Shown: positions 30,523 to 43,633 of the stretch, one piece after another | Layout of the letters: the number at the start of each line of letters is the position of its first letter | How positions within the stretch are numbered: position 1 is the stretch's first letter | NCBI RefSeq assembly: GCF_009914755.1 | Contig: NC_060927.1 | Reading direction: 5' to 3' (one strand) | From: the human T2T-CHM13v2.0 reference genome, Homo sapiens | Length of the DNA stretch: 64,000 nucleotides | The notes under the pieces: generated by a model | What the model was told of the DNA's origin: nothing | Seen by the model: the letters and a program-made list of their open reading frames with translations, nothing else | Database searches by the model: none | Translations under genes and position numbers: made by a program

Positions 30523-30859
30523 AAGGCATTCTTGTGTTTATTTTTTAGAAATTATCAAAACCTACCAAAGCAAATCTAAAGAACGTATATAAAAGAACTT
30601 ACCTAAAACATTAAATTAATGTTAAGTATAATTATAACAGCAGCTAACATTTATGTATTAGGTGTTAACTGTTCAACTTTACACATTGTTTTAATGTCTC
30701 CCAAATCAGCCTAACAGTAAGACTTACCTGGGGCACTTAATCACAGAATCCCTGGAAATTCTAATTCTGTAGCTCTGGGATGGGTCCCATTATTTTAAAA
30801 AATGCATTACAATCATTCTTATGACCAAGCTAGGTTAGGAAACAGATTCTCATGGGCTC

Positions 30860-30990
30860 TTCTTTAACAATGACAGGAAATAGGAAACACTATTAGACCC
30901 ATTTGACAACTGAAGAAACTGAGGCTTAGAGAGGTCACAAAGCCACCCAGGGTCAGAGGCAGAAACAAACAGAAATGTGAGCTCAGATTT
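30860..30990 (-). mobile_element. MIR
   Basis: cccatttgacaactgaagaaactgaggcttagagaggtcaca. Confidence 0.65.
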
Positions 30991-31749
30991 GTAGCTTTTA
31001 GCCTGAAAGTAAAACTGCAATCGTTGTTCCTTTCCCCAGGTAACACACCAGAGAAGGACACTAACAACCTCAATTTCAGGGACGATAAAAATTAAGTAAC
31101 AATCCATTCTTCTCTTATTATCTCTCTCAGAGTATCTAAGAAGGCTACACTGGTAAAAGGCTACAGTGCAGTTTCTGGCACATAAGTTACTGAAAATAAG
31201 ATTTCTTTCCTATCTCCCATCCTTCATCCCTTCTTCTCTACTGATGTCCTCTAATTGGAGTCATTAGTCCTCTTTCTACCAAGCAAAGCCAAAGGTTCCC
31301 AGACATATACAACCTCAGAAAAAAAAAATGTGAAATAAATGGCAGATACTAACATCAGATTTACTATTCATTTTTCTTTTTTTTTTTCATTTCATGAAAA
31401 TTACATTCAAACCGGTTTCTTGCCTGGAGAAAAGCACAAAACAAAATTTACATAACTCCTTTAAAAATCAAAACACAATTAACGTTAAGTTTCTTCATGC
31501 ATTCTCAAAAATCCAACAATATAGTTTAATAGAAAATAATGACAAGCAACATTTATTGAGCGTATCAAGTATTAAATCACTAATTCTCATCAGAAGTCCA
31601 GAGGGAATTACGTGAGTCCCATTTACAATTAAGAAAACAGACACAAAGAAATTACAAATTTTGCCCCAGGTTACACAGTTACTAAGTGGTAAAGACAGTA
31701 TGCAAAATTAGAAGAAGAACTACTATTTGAATTCATGATTTCTTTATTA

Positions 31750-32240
31750 CAATTATCTACTGCTGCGTAATAAATCATCCCAAAATATAACGGCTTAAAC
31801 TAACAACAATCATTTTATTATCTTTCACAATTTCTGTGAGTCAGGAATTTGTACAAAGCACAGCTGAAATGCTTGTCTCTGCTTCCTGATGTCTGAATCT
31901 TACACTGGGAAGACTGCAGGCAACTCAATGGCCCAGGGCTAGAATCATCTGAAACCTCAGGTGTGTTTCACCTCCCCTGGAACACTTGGATGTGGCCTCA
32001 CCATTTGGCTCCTTGAGCTCCCCTGCAGCCTCCTAGCTGGTTTCCAAAGTCAAGTGTCCCAAAAGAACCAGGTAGAAGCTATACCACCTTTTATGACCCT
32101 ATCTTGGAAGTCTCACAGCACTGCTCCACCATAATCACATGGCCACCCCTCCATACAAAAAGAAGGAACGAGACATCACTACCCGCCTCCCTATGGAAAG
32201 AATCCCAAAGTTGTAAGAACAGCATAATTTCTGCCACAAC
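31750..32240 (-). mobile_element. MLT1 (MLT1F/G-like) solo LTR
   Basis: tactgctgcgtaataaatcatcccaaaat...ggcttaaac...tctgtgagtcaggaattt...ccttttatgacc. Confidence 0.75.
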
Positions 32241-34570
32241 CCCTAAATAACAATCAATAATATCATCCCTACCTACTAGTGAGAAAATGGAAGTTCAGAA
32301 AGGCTATGTGATTGCCCAAGGTCACACAATAAATAATGGCACTAAGATGCCAACACAGGCCCTTGTGACTCCAAATCCTGTTCAATTTCCATTACATCAT
32401 ATTTATAAAACATTCCATCTAAACTGAGTTGTTCCTTGGTGAAAGCTAGGACACATCCATCTTTTAAAAATAATAATAAAGTGAACCATTCCACCAAAAA
32501 TATGCTAAAAGGATATCCAAATATAAATTATCAAATTTGGAAAGGCAGCAAATGGAAATCCTAATCTAAAGCATTCTTAGTTTACCAGTGATGTCAAATG
32601 TTAGCATTTTCTTTGTTGTTGTAATTGAGGATTCGTGTAAGAAAAGAGAAATACAATACCAAGAGTATTCAGTAAGGATAGTCCTTGAAAAGACTAGCAA
32701 CCACCTCGGACAGTGGTGCAAACCATCCAATTAAGTCTAAATAGGAGATACCCAGGCAACACAATGAAGCCAATGAGCTACAAACTCCATCTGATGCCAA
32801 AACTAAAAGGGGAGTTATCACTCATCACCATCAACTGCTTTTGAAAAGGCCAATCCCAGCTATGAGTGTCTCTTCTGGCATGGGAAATTTCATAACACAT
32901 CTTTATTGCCGGCTGAGGCCACTTGCCTCATCCAGATTCACTGCCTTATGAAAATGTGCAATATGAATGTTTACTGTTGTCATGGAACCTTCACATGAGT
33001 TCAAAATAACACACACCCATCACTGTGGCATTTCCAAACAGGACTGAATGGTTGGAAACGGAGGTGCTAGCTAATGTTATTTATTAAAACAAATAAAAAC
33101 GTCTCTTTTATTTTAGATATCTGTGATGTTCATGGAGGACTTGGCAATATGTGCATGGTTGTGCATAATCTGATAATAAATCCATCAGTCCTTTATTTTG
33201 CTACTGGTTAACTAAAATGCCAGACATAAAGGCAACTGTACTTCTTTAACAAATGTGTCTTCTTCTAAGTGGGCAGTGTCAGCACTTGTTCCCTAGACGG
33301 GTTCACAGCTAGTACAACACACAGAGTCCCCCATTCAAAACTTCAGCACCTCTTCTCCAGCCCCTATTCTCTCCACTCAATGTCTTAACCATGGGCATTA
33401 AGGAACACAACATGTGAAATATACAGGCAATTTGCTGGTCTGAGTTTGTGTGACACCTTCAGGTTTCAGAAATTAAACTGCCACCCTCAGGGTCAGAGAC
33501 CAGAATTCTCAAAAGTACTACAATTCATTCGAGAAGGCAAGGCATGGTAGACACTACCTTTGTCTTCAAACAATAATCTAATTTTTTCTTTCCAAATCCC
33601 TACAAAGACTCTTTATATGATCAATGACCATCTATCTATCTGGCAGCTTTCTGTATCAAAGGGAATAACTTAACCTAAATTCATTATAGTTTCATGTGCC
33701 AAGTGCACAGTAATGGCTAAAATCAAAGTCATTGAGATGATGAAGCCCCATCCAAACTTAGGTCAGTTACCCTCCATTTTAACACTGAAAAACAGTATTT
33801 ATCAGTACCATCAATATATTTGCTTCTAAACACTTTTTCCTCAAAGGGACTTTTCAATCATCAAACTATAGCTGGCATTAAATCCAAAAGAATATTCAAC
33901 TATAGCAAGTAATATTTCCCTGGAAAGCTATTAATTATTCAGCATTCCTTAGCTGCCTAGAAGCAGATAGACACTCAGGTTGTTCTTTGTTGGAAACACT
34001 CACTCAGCGCCCCTGCCCCCAGCTTGGAGAGGAATACAGGCTGACCCACTACCATTGCATCTCTGTAAACCTCAAGAAGTGATGCTGCAAGGACCAGCTC
34101 AATAGTACCTAACAGCCTGGCTGACATGGGGAAGCCCCCAGCCAGACCAAAATCTCCACCCACTGCGGTATTTTTCTCCCTATAGGCAATAGACAAAAGG
34201 CCAATGTTCCCACTCACTTTAAATTCAGGCATAAGTAACAGGACTCAGACAAGGAAGAAAACTGAAGTCCCAGTCAAAACTGAAACCCACCAGCGTATAT
34301 AATAAGTATTTTTATTATTATCACTAACAGCAGTAATCACGACAAAAAAAAAAAAGTACAACCATGCCCATGGCTGACAGGAAGGTTATCAATCGAGGAC
34401 AATTTAGTTATATGTGGTTTAGGAAGAAGAAAAAACGACTTGAAATTATCAAAACCTTGGACTCAGGAATATCACATCTGTGGAGCTTGTCCAAGAAAAC
34501 TACGAATCATGTGGACAAAGATTTAGCTACAAGGACATTCAACAAAGAGTTGTTTAAAACATGAAAAACT

Positions 34571-34736
34571 GGCTGGACACGGTGGTTCACACTTGTAGTC
34601 CCAGCTATGCAGGAGGCTGGGGCAGGAGGATCGCTGGAGCCCATAAGTTTGAAGTTACAGTGAACTATGATTGTGCCACTGCACTCCAGGCAGGGCATCA
34701 GAGACCCCGTCTCAAACAAACAAACAAACAAACAAA
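34571..34736 (+). mobile_element. FRAM-like Alu monomer inside old L1M sequence
   Basis: Right monomer with (aaac)n tail; aaactgg flanks. Confidence 0.85.
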
Positions 34737-34960
34737 CTGGAAACAACCTAAATACCCAACAATAATATGGACAGTATACATCCATACAATGAAATACTAA
34801 GTAAAACTTTAAAATGATAGTGTAAAAGCAGGTGAGGCTTTTCTTTGACATGGCAACCTGTTCATGATTTCACAGGAAATGAATATTCAAGTAACAAAAT
34901 GTATACTGTTCAATATAAATTTTGATTTTATACACCTACACATAATACAACTAGAATAAT

Positions 34961-35180
34961 ACAATTGCCCCTCCATATCCGAGAAAAATTGGTTCCCAGG
35001 ATCCCCTTGGATACCAAAAATCCACAGATGCTCACATCTCTGATATAAAATGGTACAGTACTTGCATAAAACCTATGCACATCCTCCTGTATAATTTAAA
35101 TCATCTCTAGATTACTTATAATACCTAATACAATACAAATGTTATGTAAATAGTTGTTATACTGTTTTTTTATTTGTACT
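34961..35180. mobile_element. MER2 (Tigger-family MITE) fragment
   Basis: ggataccaaaaatccacagatgctcacatctctgatataaaatgg...aaatcatctctagattacttataatacctaatacaat. Confidence 0.85.
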
Positions 35181-35317
35181 ATATTTAGTACATCACTAAA
35201 GAATAAAACTGGTTATATTTGATAGGTGGAAAAACAGGTGAGTTTTTGGGTTAGCTCTTCCTAATAGTTCTGTAATAAACATGTACCACACTCTTTTGCA
35301 TTAGAAAATTAATGGAC

Positions 35318-35895
35318 TTTAATTCCAACACTTTGAGGGGCCAAGGCAGGAGGATAGCTTAAGCCCAGGAGTTCCAGACCAGCTGAGGAAACACAGCAAG
35401 AACCTGTCTCCCAGAAAACCAAACACCGCATGTTCTCACTCACAGGTGGGAATTCAACAATGAGAACACTTGGACACAGGGTGGGGAACATCACACCCTG
35501 GGGCCTGCTGTGGGGTGGGGGGCAGGGGCGGAATAGCATTAGGAGAAATACCTAATGTAAATGACGAGTTAATGGGTGCAGCAAACCAACATGGCACATG
35601 TATACCTATGTAACAAACCTGCATGTTGTGCACATGTACCCTAGGACTTAAAGTATAATTAAAAAACAACAACAACAACAACAAAAAAGAACCTGTCTCC
35701 ACAAAATTTTTTTTTAAAATTCAGCCAGGCATGGTGGTGTACCCCTGCAGTCCCAGCTACTAGGGAGGCTGAAGTGGGAGGATCACTTAAGCCCAGGAGG
35801 TTGAGGCCGAAGTGAGCTATGATAGCACCACCGCACTCCAGCCTGAGCAACAGAGTAAAATCCTGTCCAAAAAAAATAAAAAAAGAAAGAAAGGA
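35318..35895 (+). mobile_element. AluJ split by an L1PA insertion
   Basis: Left arm to 35411; resumes at 35701 with the middle A-tract and right arm. Confidence 0.9.
35412..35686 (+). mobile_element. L1PA 3' end nested in Alu
   Basis: aaaccaaacaccgcatgttctcactcac...acttaaagtataat plus (aac)n tail; 14-bp TSD aagaacctgtctcc. Confidence 0.95.
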
Positions 35896-36709
35896 AAAGG
35901 GGGGAAAAAAAAACTTAATGGAAAGCATTTAAGCATTTCAACAACATTCTACCACAGGGATCACTTTTAAAGGCATACTGTTTTCAGAAAGACAGATGTT
36001 TTCTCCCTAAAATTAACTTGCAGTCCAAATCCAAATATTTAACTCAAGATACAGCCATAAACAGCTTTTTCTCTCTGTAGGACACTTAAGAATAAATGCT
36101 TGTGATTAGACTGACCACCAGCCAGAGAGTTTGATATACGATTTGGTTTAATGTTTTCTACAAAAATCCCTGCTCAAAAGGATTCTTCTCAATGTATCTA
36201 TTTCCACCTGTTTCCTGTATTTGTTTCTCCCCAAAATCCTACCTTTCTGTGGCATAACATCGAATTTTTATTCATCCCAAATAATGGTCCACTGAACACT
36301 TTAAATAAAAGGCGGCTGGGTAGTAGCTTGGAGATAAAGCACTATTTTACAAAACCCTAGGGAAAGGCAGTAATATGGAAGAGTTTAGTGTGGCATCATA
36401 AAAAGTAGGCATTTACTTGTAAAAATTAAATGCACACAGGCTTGTTCATTTGTATGTGTACATATGTACGTGTAAAAAAATTATATACACAAATAAAGAA
36501 AAACAACAAAACAAAACAAAAGAACCCTGAAATTCAAATTGTTGACAGGTATAGAAAATAGGAGTAAGTTCATGGCTCCTTCATTTGCTATGTCTCATTT
36601 CACAAAAGTTCCTATTATTTTGAAACACTTAGTATACAAAGTCCTTCAAAATATACTGACATAGAAAAGCAAATGAAAATGACAGCAACCAAAGGCAAAG
36701 TAATAGTTA

Positions 36710-36920
36710 ATAATAATATATTGTATAGTTTCAACTAGCTAGAAGGAAAATATTGAACATTCCCAACATAAAGAAATGATAAATGTTTGAGAAGATGGAT
36801 ATGCTAATTACCCTGATCTGATCACTATACATTATATGTTTTCAAAATATCATATGTACCCCATGAATATGTACAATTATTATTTGTCAATTTAAGTAAA
36901 TATATTTTTAAATAATTAAA
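36710..36920 (+). mobile_element. L1MA-type 3' end
   Basis: aaagaaatgataaatgtttgagaagatggatatgctaattaccctgatctgatcactatacatt. Confidence 0.85.
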
Positions 36921-36934
36921 GAAAATTTAAAAAA

Positions 36935-37247
<313 letters not shown>

Positions 37248-38649
37248 TAAATGGATATCTTTCAAAACAGAAAATACATTCACAGTGGAAAAAGTAAAAT
37301 GTGAGGATTCAGCTCCAGGAAAAGAGTCATCAGAGGAAGGAAGTTCATAACTACTCAGGTCCATTTTCTCTTTACAATTCTTACTAATAACATGTCCCAT
37401 TATGACCATTCCGCTGAAGAAATCAGACTTATCAAGAAATGAAAACAGATCACAGGAAGGCAGGGGAGGAAATGTCAACCTCAGAAAAAACTGAGATCAT
37501 TTCAGAGGTGCTGACAGATAATGGAAATGCCACCATGGCAAAACACTACCATCCTTTTGTGACATAACTGGGATAAAAATCCCTACAGACAACAATACCA
37601 GGGGAATAAAATTAAGAGAGCTGAAAACAGAAAGAACAACTATGACCTATTCTCATGTTTTATGCTGGAAAAATGAATTTGCAGCAAGGGCCTTGGTGCC
37701 AATGTTAATTCTCCATACATATGGAGCCCCAAAGATATATCTAATACAGTTTCATATATACTTCTGCTAACTTGCTTACATTCTGAATGGGACTTTCAAA
37801 GGGGGATAAAGTTAAAACTGGATTAAGGAACCCAAATTAAAATAAACCCTTCCTGATGCACTAATTTTTCAGATACCATAGAAGTCTTGGTCAAGTCCAA
37901 AGTGAGAGTGCTAAGATGGCATTGCACCCACAGAAATACAGATCTTGCTTCCAAAGATGAGGGGAAAGGAACATTTTTCACATATCTTGCAGTTAATCAC
38001 TTACATACTTAGATCAAAGGGAGTAATCAAAGTTCCAAAAGAATTTCAGATTAGCTTTTACATTATCATGTGTCCCATGATTACAATTACCTGGACCCAA
38101 AAAAAAAAACGAGCTTTCTACACTAATGGATTTGTCTTGGGGACAAGAGATAGGCAGTATACACCCATCGTCTTGCTTTGCACGTTATTGCAAGGACACA
38201 CGCAACATCGTGTCTTTCCTATGTCAGGCATCCTTGGACTCATTAACTCTTAAAAATCCCATCCATCACCCAGGACATAAAAGGTAAAAGTCACAACATC
38301 ACTAACCAACCTTCAAGATAACTTCTCACTCACTACAATGAACATGATGTGTAAGAGGTAGACAGAAAACACAGTGTTATAATTGGGAAGAGGTGATAAA
38401 GGTGTGAGCAAAAATTAAAAGAGTCATGTATTATTTGCCTAGTGTTAGACTTGAAAAAGGGCTTAGTATATGGTAAGCACTCAATAAATGTTCACTTAAT
38501 CATAATATACTAGTACAGAATTACTTAGCCATATCTGTCTGTCCAACACCACACATATAAATACTCACCATTTGACTAGGTTTTGATGAACTTGAAATTG
38601 GCGTGAAGAGGGAGTTAGTAAGAGGCCCCACAAAGAAACACAAAAAGGC

Positions 38650-39160
38650 AACTGTGGTGAACACCACCAGGTTACCAGATGAATACCCTGTCTCCCCAGT
38701 CTTCTAGCCATTTTCTTACCCCTATAGGTTACAAAAGACATACTTTCAGCCATCATTTTCGCATAGAACGCCATTACGCTGGCCACAGGTGCAGACATCT
38801 GACCTATTATGAACCATTGAGAATCCTTCTCCCTGGTATTTACAATCAGGACTAAGAGATTCCAGCTTCAGTCTGGATGAACCCTTGAGAGGAAGAAGTA
38901 TATGCTAGGAGTGTGGACAGCCAGGCTCTGGGAAGCAGATCAGTCTATTTTGAGAGAACAGAAGAATGAAGTAAGAGCGCATTCAGCAGGAAATGAAAAA
39001 TACCTACAGAAAAACCTGATAAGGTTCAAAGTCTTAGTCCCGGGGTGTTTCCAAAACTGGCCTACACTGGATAACCCTTACCTTGGGTATGCTTCAGATA
39101 CCCTTACAGTAAACATCCTCTTTTTATTTTTGCTCAAGAGCATTTATACTACTTGCAACG
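38650..39160 (+). mobile_element. Old MLT1-like LTR relic
   Basis: ccattgagaatccttctccctggtattt...atcctctttttatttttgctcaag...acttgcaac resembles MLT1K/L. Confidence 0.5.
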
Positions 39161-40602
39161 CAGAGCCCAACATAAAGACTATTCCTCTCTAACCAAAACA
39201 ATCCAGAGACAAGGAAAAAATAAAAGATGACGCCACACAAAAGGAAGAGCAAAATAGCCCAGGGTGGTCTTTCCAATGATGAGGAATCCACCATGCAGGC
39301 CCAGACCAGAGACTGGGAGCTCAGAGAAAGTGTATGGATGACATTTCTGTTCATCCTCGGTGGAAGGGTGAGAGTCACGTGGTGACGAAATTGGCTGGAG
39401 ATATGAGCGTTGTTTTTACAATGTTTTAGTATCTGTGAATACCACATTCTTTTCCTTTCTTGTACAGTCTTGTTTGAAACTCTGGCAAAACGCTGCAAAG
39501 GGGAAGCAATTGGAAGTTGGCTGAGATGAAGTTATGTGATTTCAATTAAAAACATTCTCTCACTTGTGGCTTGCTATCGCTGTGGAAAATAAAGAACTGC
39601 AACGGCAAGGTTTTTTCCCTATTGAAAATATTTCTGTTAAGCTTCAGAACGGTGAAAATCATTTATCTACATACACAAATAACTTCTGTTCAAGTTATAT
39701 CGGGGCTCTGGTCCAATCCCCAGATTCTGCGAAAAAGGCAAATTTTGTATAGACTAATTCTACTGTTCTCATTTCCTCAGCACCCTCCACAATTTTGCAT
39801 GTATACATCCCAGAATGCCTAAAAACTCACAAATGCCTGCTATCCCACAGGGTTCCAATAATTAGCACTTTTACAAGTACATCCTTATTTTGCTGCAGAA
39901 AATACTTACGAGGTTTTAAAATTCATTATTTTTTTTAATACATCATTTTCACTACACAAAAAGAACTACCAAGACTGGTCTCCTCAAAAGGATAACATAC
40001 TTCTTAATGTTTCCCCATGATATTTATTAAACGCTAAGGAATGCAAAAATAACATATATTTGTGAGAGTTCTCTGATATGGATTAATGATCATTTCTAAA
40101 TATAGCAATAGTAGGGAATAAATGTCTGGATTTGCTTATGTTTACTAAACAATAATCTTACAGGTTGGTATTTTACTGCTTTACAAATACGAGGGAGACA
40201 AACAAGCAAAGCTGTAGGAGAGAGAAAACTCTCACATCGCAATTGTGTCTGCCTAGAGAATCAGGTTCCTGAACACTGCTCCCACCTCCAAAGTATCTGA
40301 CAAGGAGGGAAGCCACAGACTGCTCCCAGTCTGAATGCAAGCCCAACCTCATATAGTAGAATGAAAACAAACTCAGCCAAGATGGTTCCTTAGCAGTAAA
40401 ATTCGCAGCAATTCAGGAAGATAGCAGCCCCTAGACACGGACTTGAGAACTTGAGAAGGCAGCCACAGCCCAGCCCCTTGCGTATGTAAAGTAAGCTCCT
40501 ACAAGTCATTCATTCCTGCAGGAAGCACCCCTGGCCCTCCTAAGAATCACAGCAGAAGGGCTAAGTTTTAGCTGTGAAAAGACAGAGCTTGAGCTCTCTT
40601 AC

Positions 40603-40709
40603 CTGTACCAGCCTGTGGCTCCCTCCCACTTATTCCAATTTGCGACAGGCATCCAGGGCTCTTCCTGCAACTCTGAACGGGGCGGATCCTGCCAAGTCTC
40701 TGCTCGTAC
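40603..40709 (-). other. Candidate cryptic/alternative exon (107 nt)
   Basis: Minus strand: branch-like CTGAT about 30 nt upstream, tttcctgcattcag|GTACGAG...GGTACAG|gtaaga; no transcript evidence available. Confidence 0.35.
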
Positions 40710-40937
40710 CTGAATGCAGGAAACTGAGCATGCTCCCCATCAGGGAGCAGCACTAGGGCAGGACACACGCCATTACCTCCAGCTTGGGAATCAGACCAGA
40801 TCAGCAGCATCACCCTGCCAACATTACCAGGAAAGCAGAGAGAAAATGAAAATTGCCTTAAGGAGCTTTAACAAAATCAGAAATTAAGGATCAAAAGGAA
40901 TAGAATGAAAGGGTCATAGGTGTCACTAAATGGCTAG

Positions 40938-41303
<366 letters not shown>

Positions 41304-41329
41304 TAATATTAGTATAGGAGTGGCAAGTG

Positions 41330-41520
41330 GAAGCTTGGACTAGGAGTCCTGGGTATGTATCCTGGATGCCGTTTCTAACTCAGGTGTGACTGTGGGCAAG
41401 TAACTTCTCTCTAGAGTTCAGTTTCCTCATTTAAAAAACCAGGATAACAGCAATGCCTACTTCCTAGGGCAGCATAAGAATGAAATTTCTGACACACAAA
41501 GAGCACTCATGAAATGTTCT
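41330..41520 (+). mobile_element. MIR
   Basis: gtgtgactgtgggcaagtaacttctctctagagttcagtttcctcatt. Confidence 0.7.
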
Positions 41521-41712
41521 TATCAAATGTAATGCAACACACACATACGCACATACACGCATGCCTGCACGTACACACACCTTCTCCAGAGATCAGTTTC
41601 CCTAAGACAGAGGGAAAAGAAGGTACTTTCTGAAAGGTTTTGTTTTTATCCTTGCCAGTCAGCTTGATTTACTCAAACTTCCTAAGTGCTTATTTCGATT
41701 TGCCTAAAATCA

Positions 41713-42093
<381 letters not shown>

Positions 42094-42399
42094 CTACTTA
42101 ATCTTTGAGGAAGCTGTCAAGATTGTGCCATAACTTTTTGATTCAGTTCTCAACTTTCCAACTAATTCCAGACAGTAATGAGACACCACTACCCTGATGG
42201 CTGATATTTCACAAAATATGCAGCAAGGAGAGCCCATGAGGGCAAGAATGGCCTGGAATGACCAACCCTATGTCAGTTTCTGTTTTGCCTGCTTGACTCT
42301 CAGGATTAGAAGGGTGATAAGGTCACACAATCTCAGGCCCCTTCTCACCTACCACATCTTCAAAGAGACATCCACCCTCTGATATATCAAACTGGGTGA

Positions 42400-42870
42400 C
42401 AGGAAACTTGGTTCCTGCTAAAACCCCTCCAGTGAATGGCCACTGCCCTTAGAACAAAATCCAAAACCCTGACCACGGCCTTCAGGGCCCTGCGGCCCGG
42501 CCTCTGCTGCCCTTCCCAACCCAGCTCCCACTGTTCTACCCCAGACCTACCCTCATCCAACACTCCAAGCTCTGCCCACTTCTAGGATGTAGCTTCCACC
42601 ATCCCTCAGCCCAGAATGCCCTTTCTCCATCAATCCTATCTCTGGCTTTCTCATTCTCCAGGTCTTAGACCACCCTGGCTAAGACAGATCACCTACCCAC
42701 CATTCAGTTCACAAGTATCATTGACAAAATAGTGAAGAGTTTAATTGTTTACAGCCTGCCTCCCTCTCCTCACTAGACTGGAAGCTCCAGGAGGTCAGGG
42801 CCATATGCTGGTCATTATGTGGATGCAGCACCTGCCACATGGGGAGGGTGACCAGGCACATAAGGTGGTG
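42400..42870 (+). mobile_element. L2 3' fragment
   Basis: cccactgcccttagaacaaaatccaaaaccctgacc...cactagactggaagctccaggaggtcaggg. Confidence 0.7.
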
Positions 42871-43014
42871 ACTGCCTCTTGAGGCTGCCCATCCCCTCTT
42901 TGGACAGCATTTGGAGACAAAGCTTAAGCAGGTAACAGGACAAGAAAACGCCTCATCCTGGAACTTTCTCTGCAATGGAAATCAATACGATTCAACAAAA
43001 TTAGGTACTCCGTA

Positions 43015-43200
43015 TAGGGGATCTTAACCAGAACCCCACATTACAATACACAGGGGAGCTTAAAAATTATACTAAAAATAAGAATAACACTAATACTGAT
43101 GCCTATGCTATATCCCCAAGATTCTGATTTAATTGATATTAAATCTGGTTTATGTGATTTAAATGATATGATATTCAGCTAGGGTTGAGAACTACTGTTT
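43015..43200. mobile_element. MER5-like hAT relic
   Basis: cagggggagcttaaaaa...tactgatgcct...gattctgatttaattg...agggttgagaactactg. Confidence 0.6.
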
Positions 43201-43389
43201 TAGAGCACTGCTTCTCAAACTAGTTGTGAGAAAGGACCAGCTGTTTCTTATTTCCCAAAGTATCAAAAGATAATAAAAATTAATGACCAGAAAAAACACA
43301 AGCACACCCTACAAAATACAAGACCCAACTTTTAATTATTAAACTCAACAGATAGACAACTGTCTTGTGCAATTACATTTCTTTTTCTT

Positions 43390-43633
43390 AGCCTGGGCAA
43401 CCTAGTGAGACCTCATCTCTATGAAATATTTTTTTTTTTCTAATTAGCTGGGCATTGTGGTGTACACACCCTGGGTGACAGAGTAAGACCTTGCCTTAAA
43501 AAAAAAAAAAAATTCTTTTTCTTATTTTTTTAGAGACAGGGTCTCACTCTGTCGCCCACATCAGTCTTGAACTCCTGGGCTCAAATGATCCTCCCACCTC
43601 AGTCTCCCAAGGAGCTAGGATTACACACTCAGC
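43390..43633. mobile_element. Two heavily deleted Alu remnants in opposite orientations
   Basis: + remnant at 43390-43512 and - remnant at about 43524-43633, each missing large internal segments. Confidence 0.8.
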
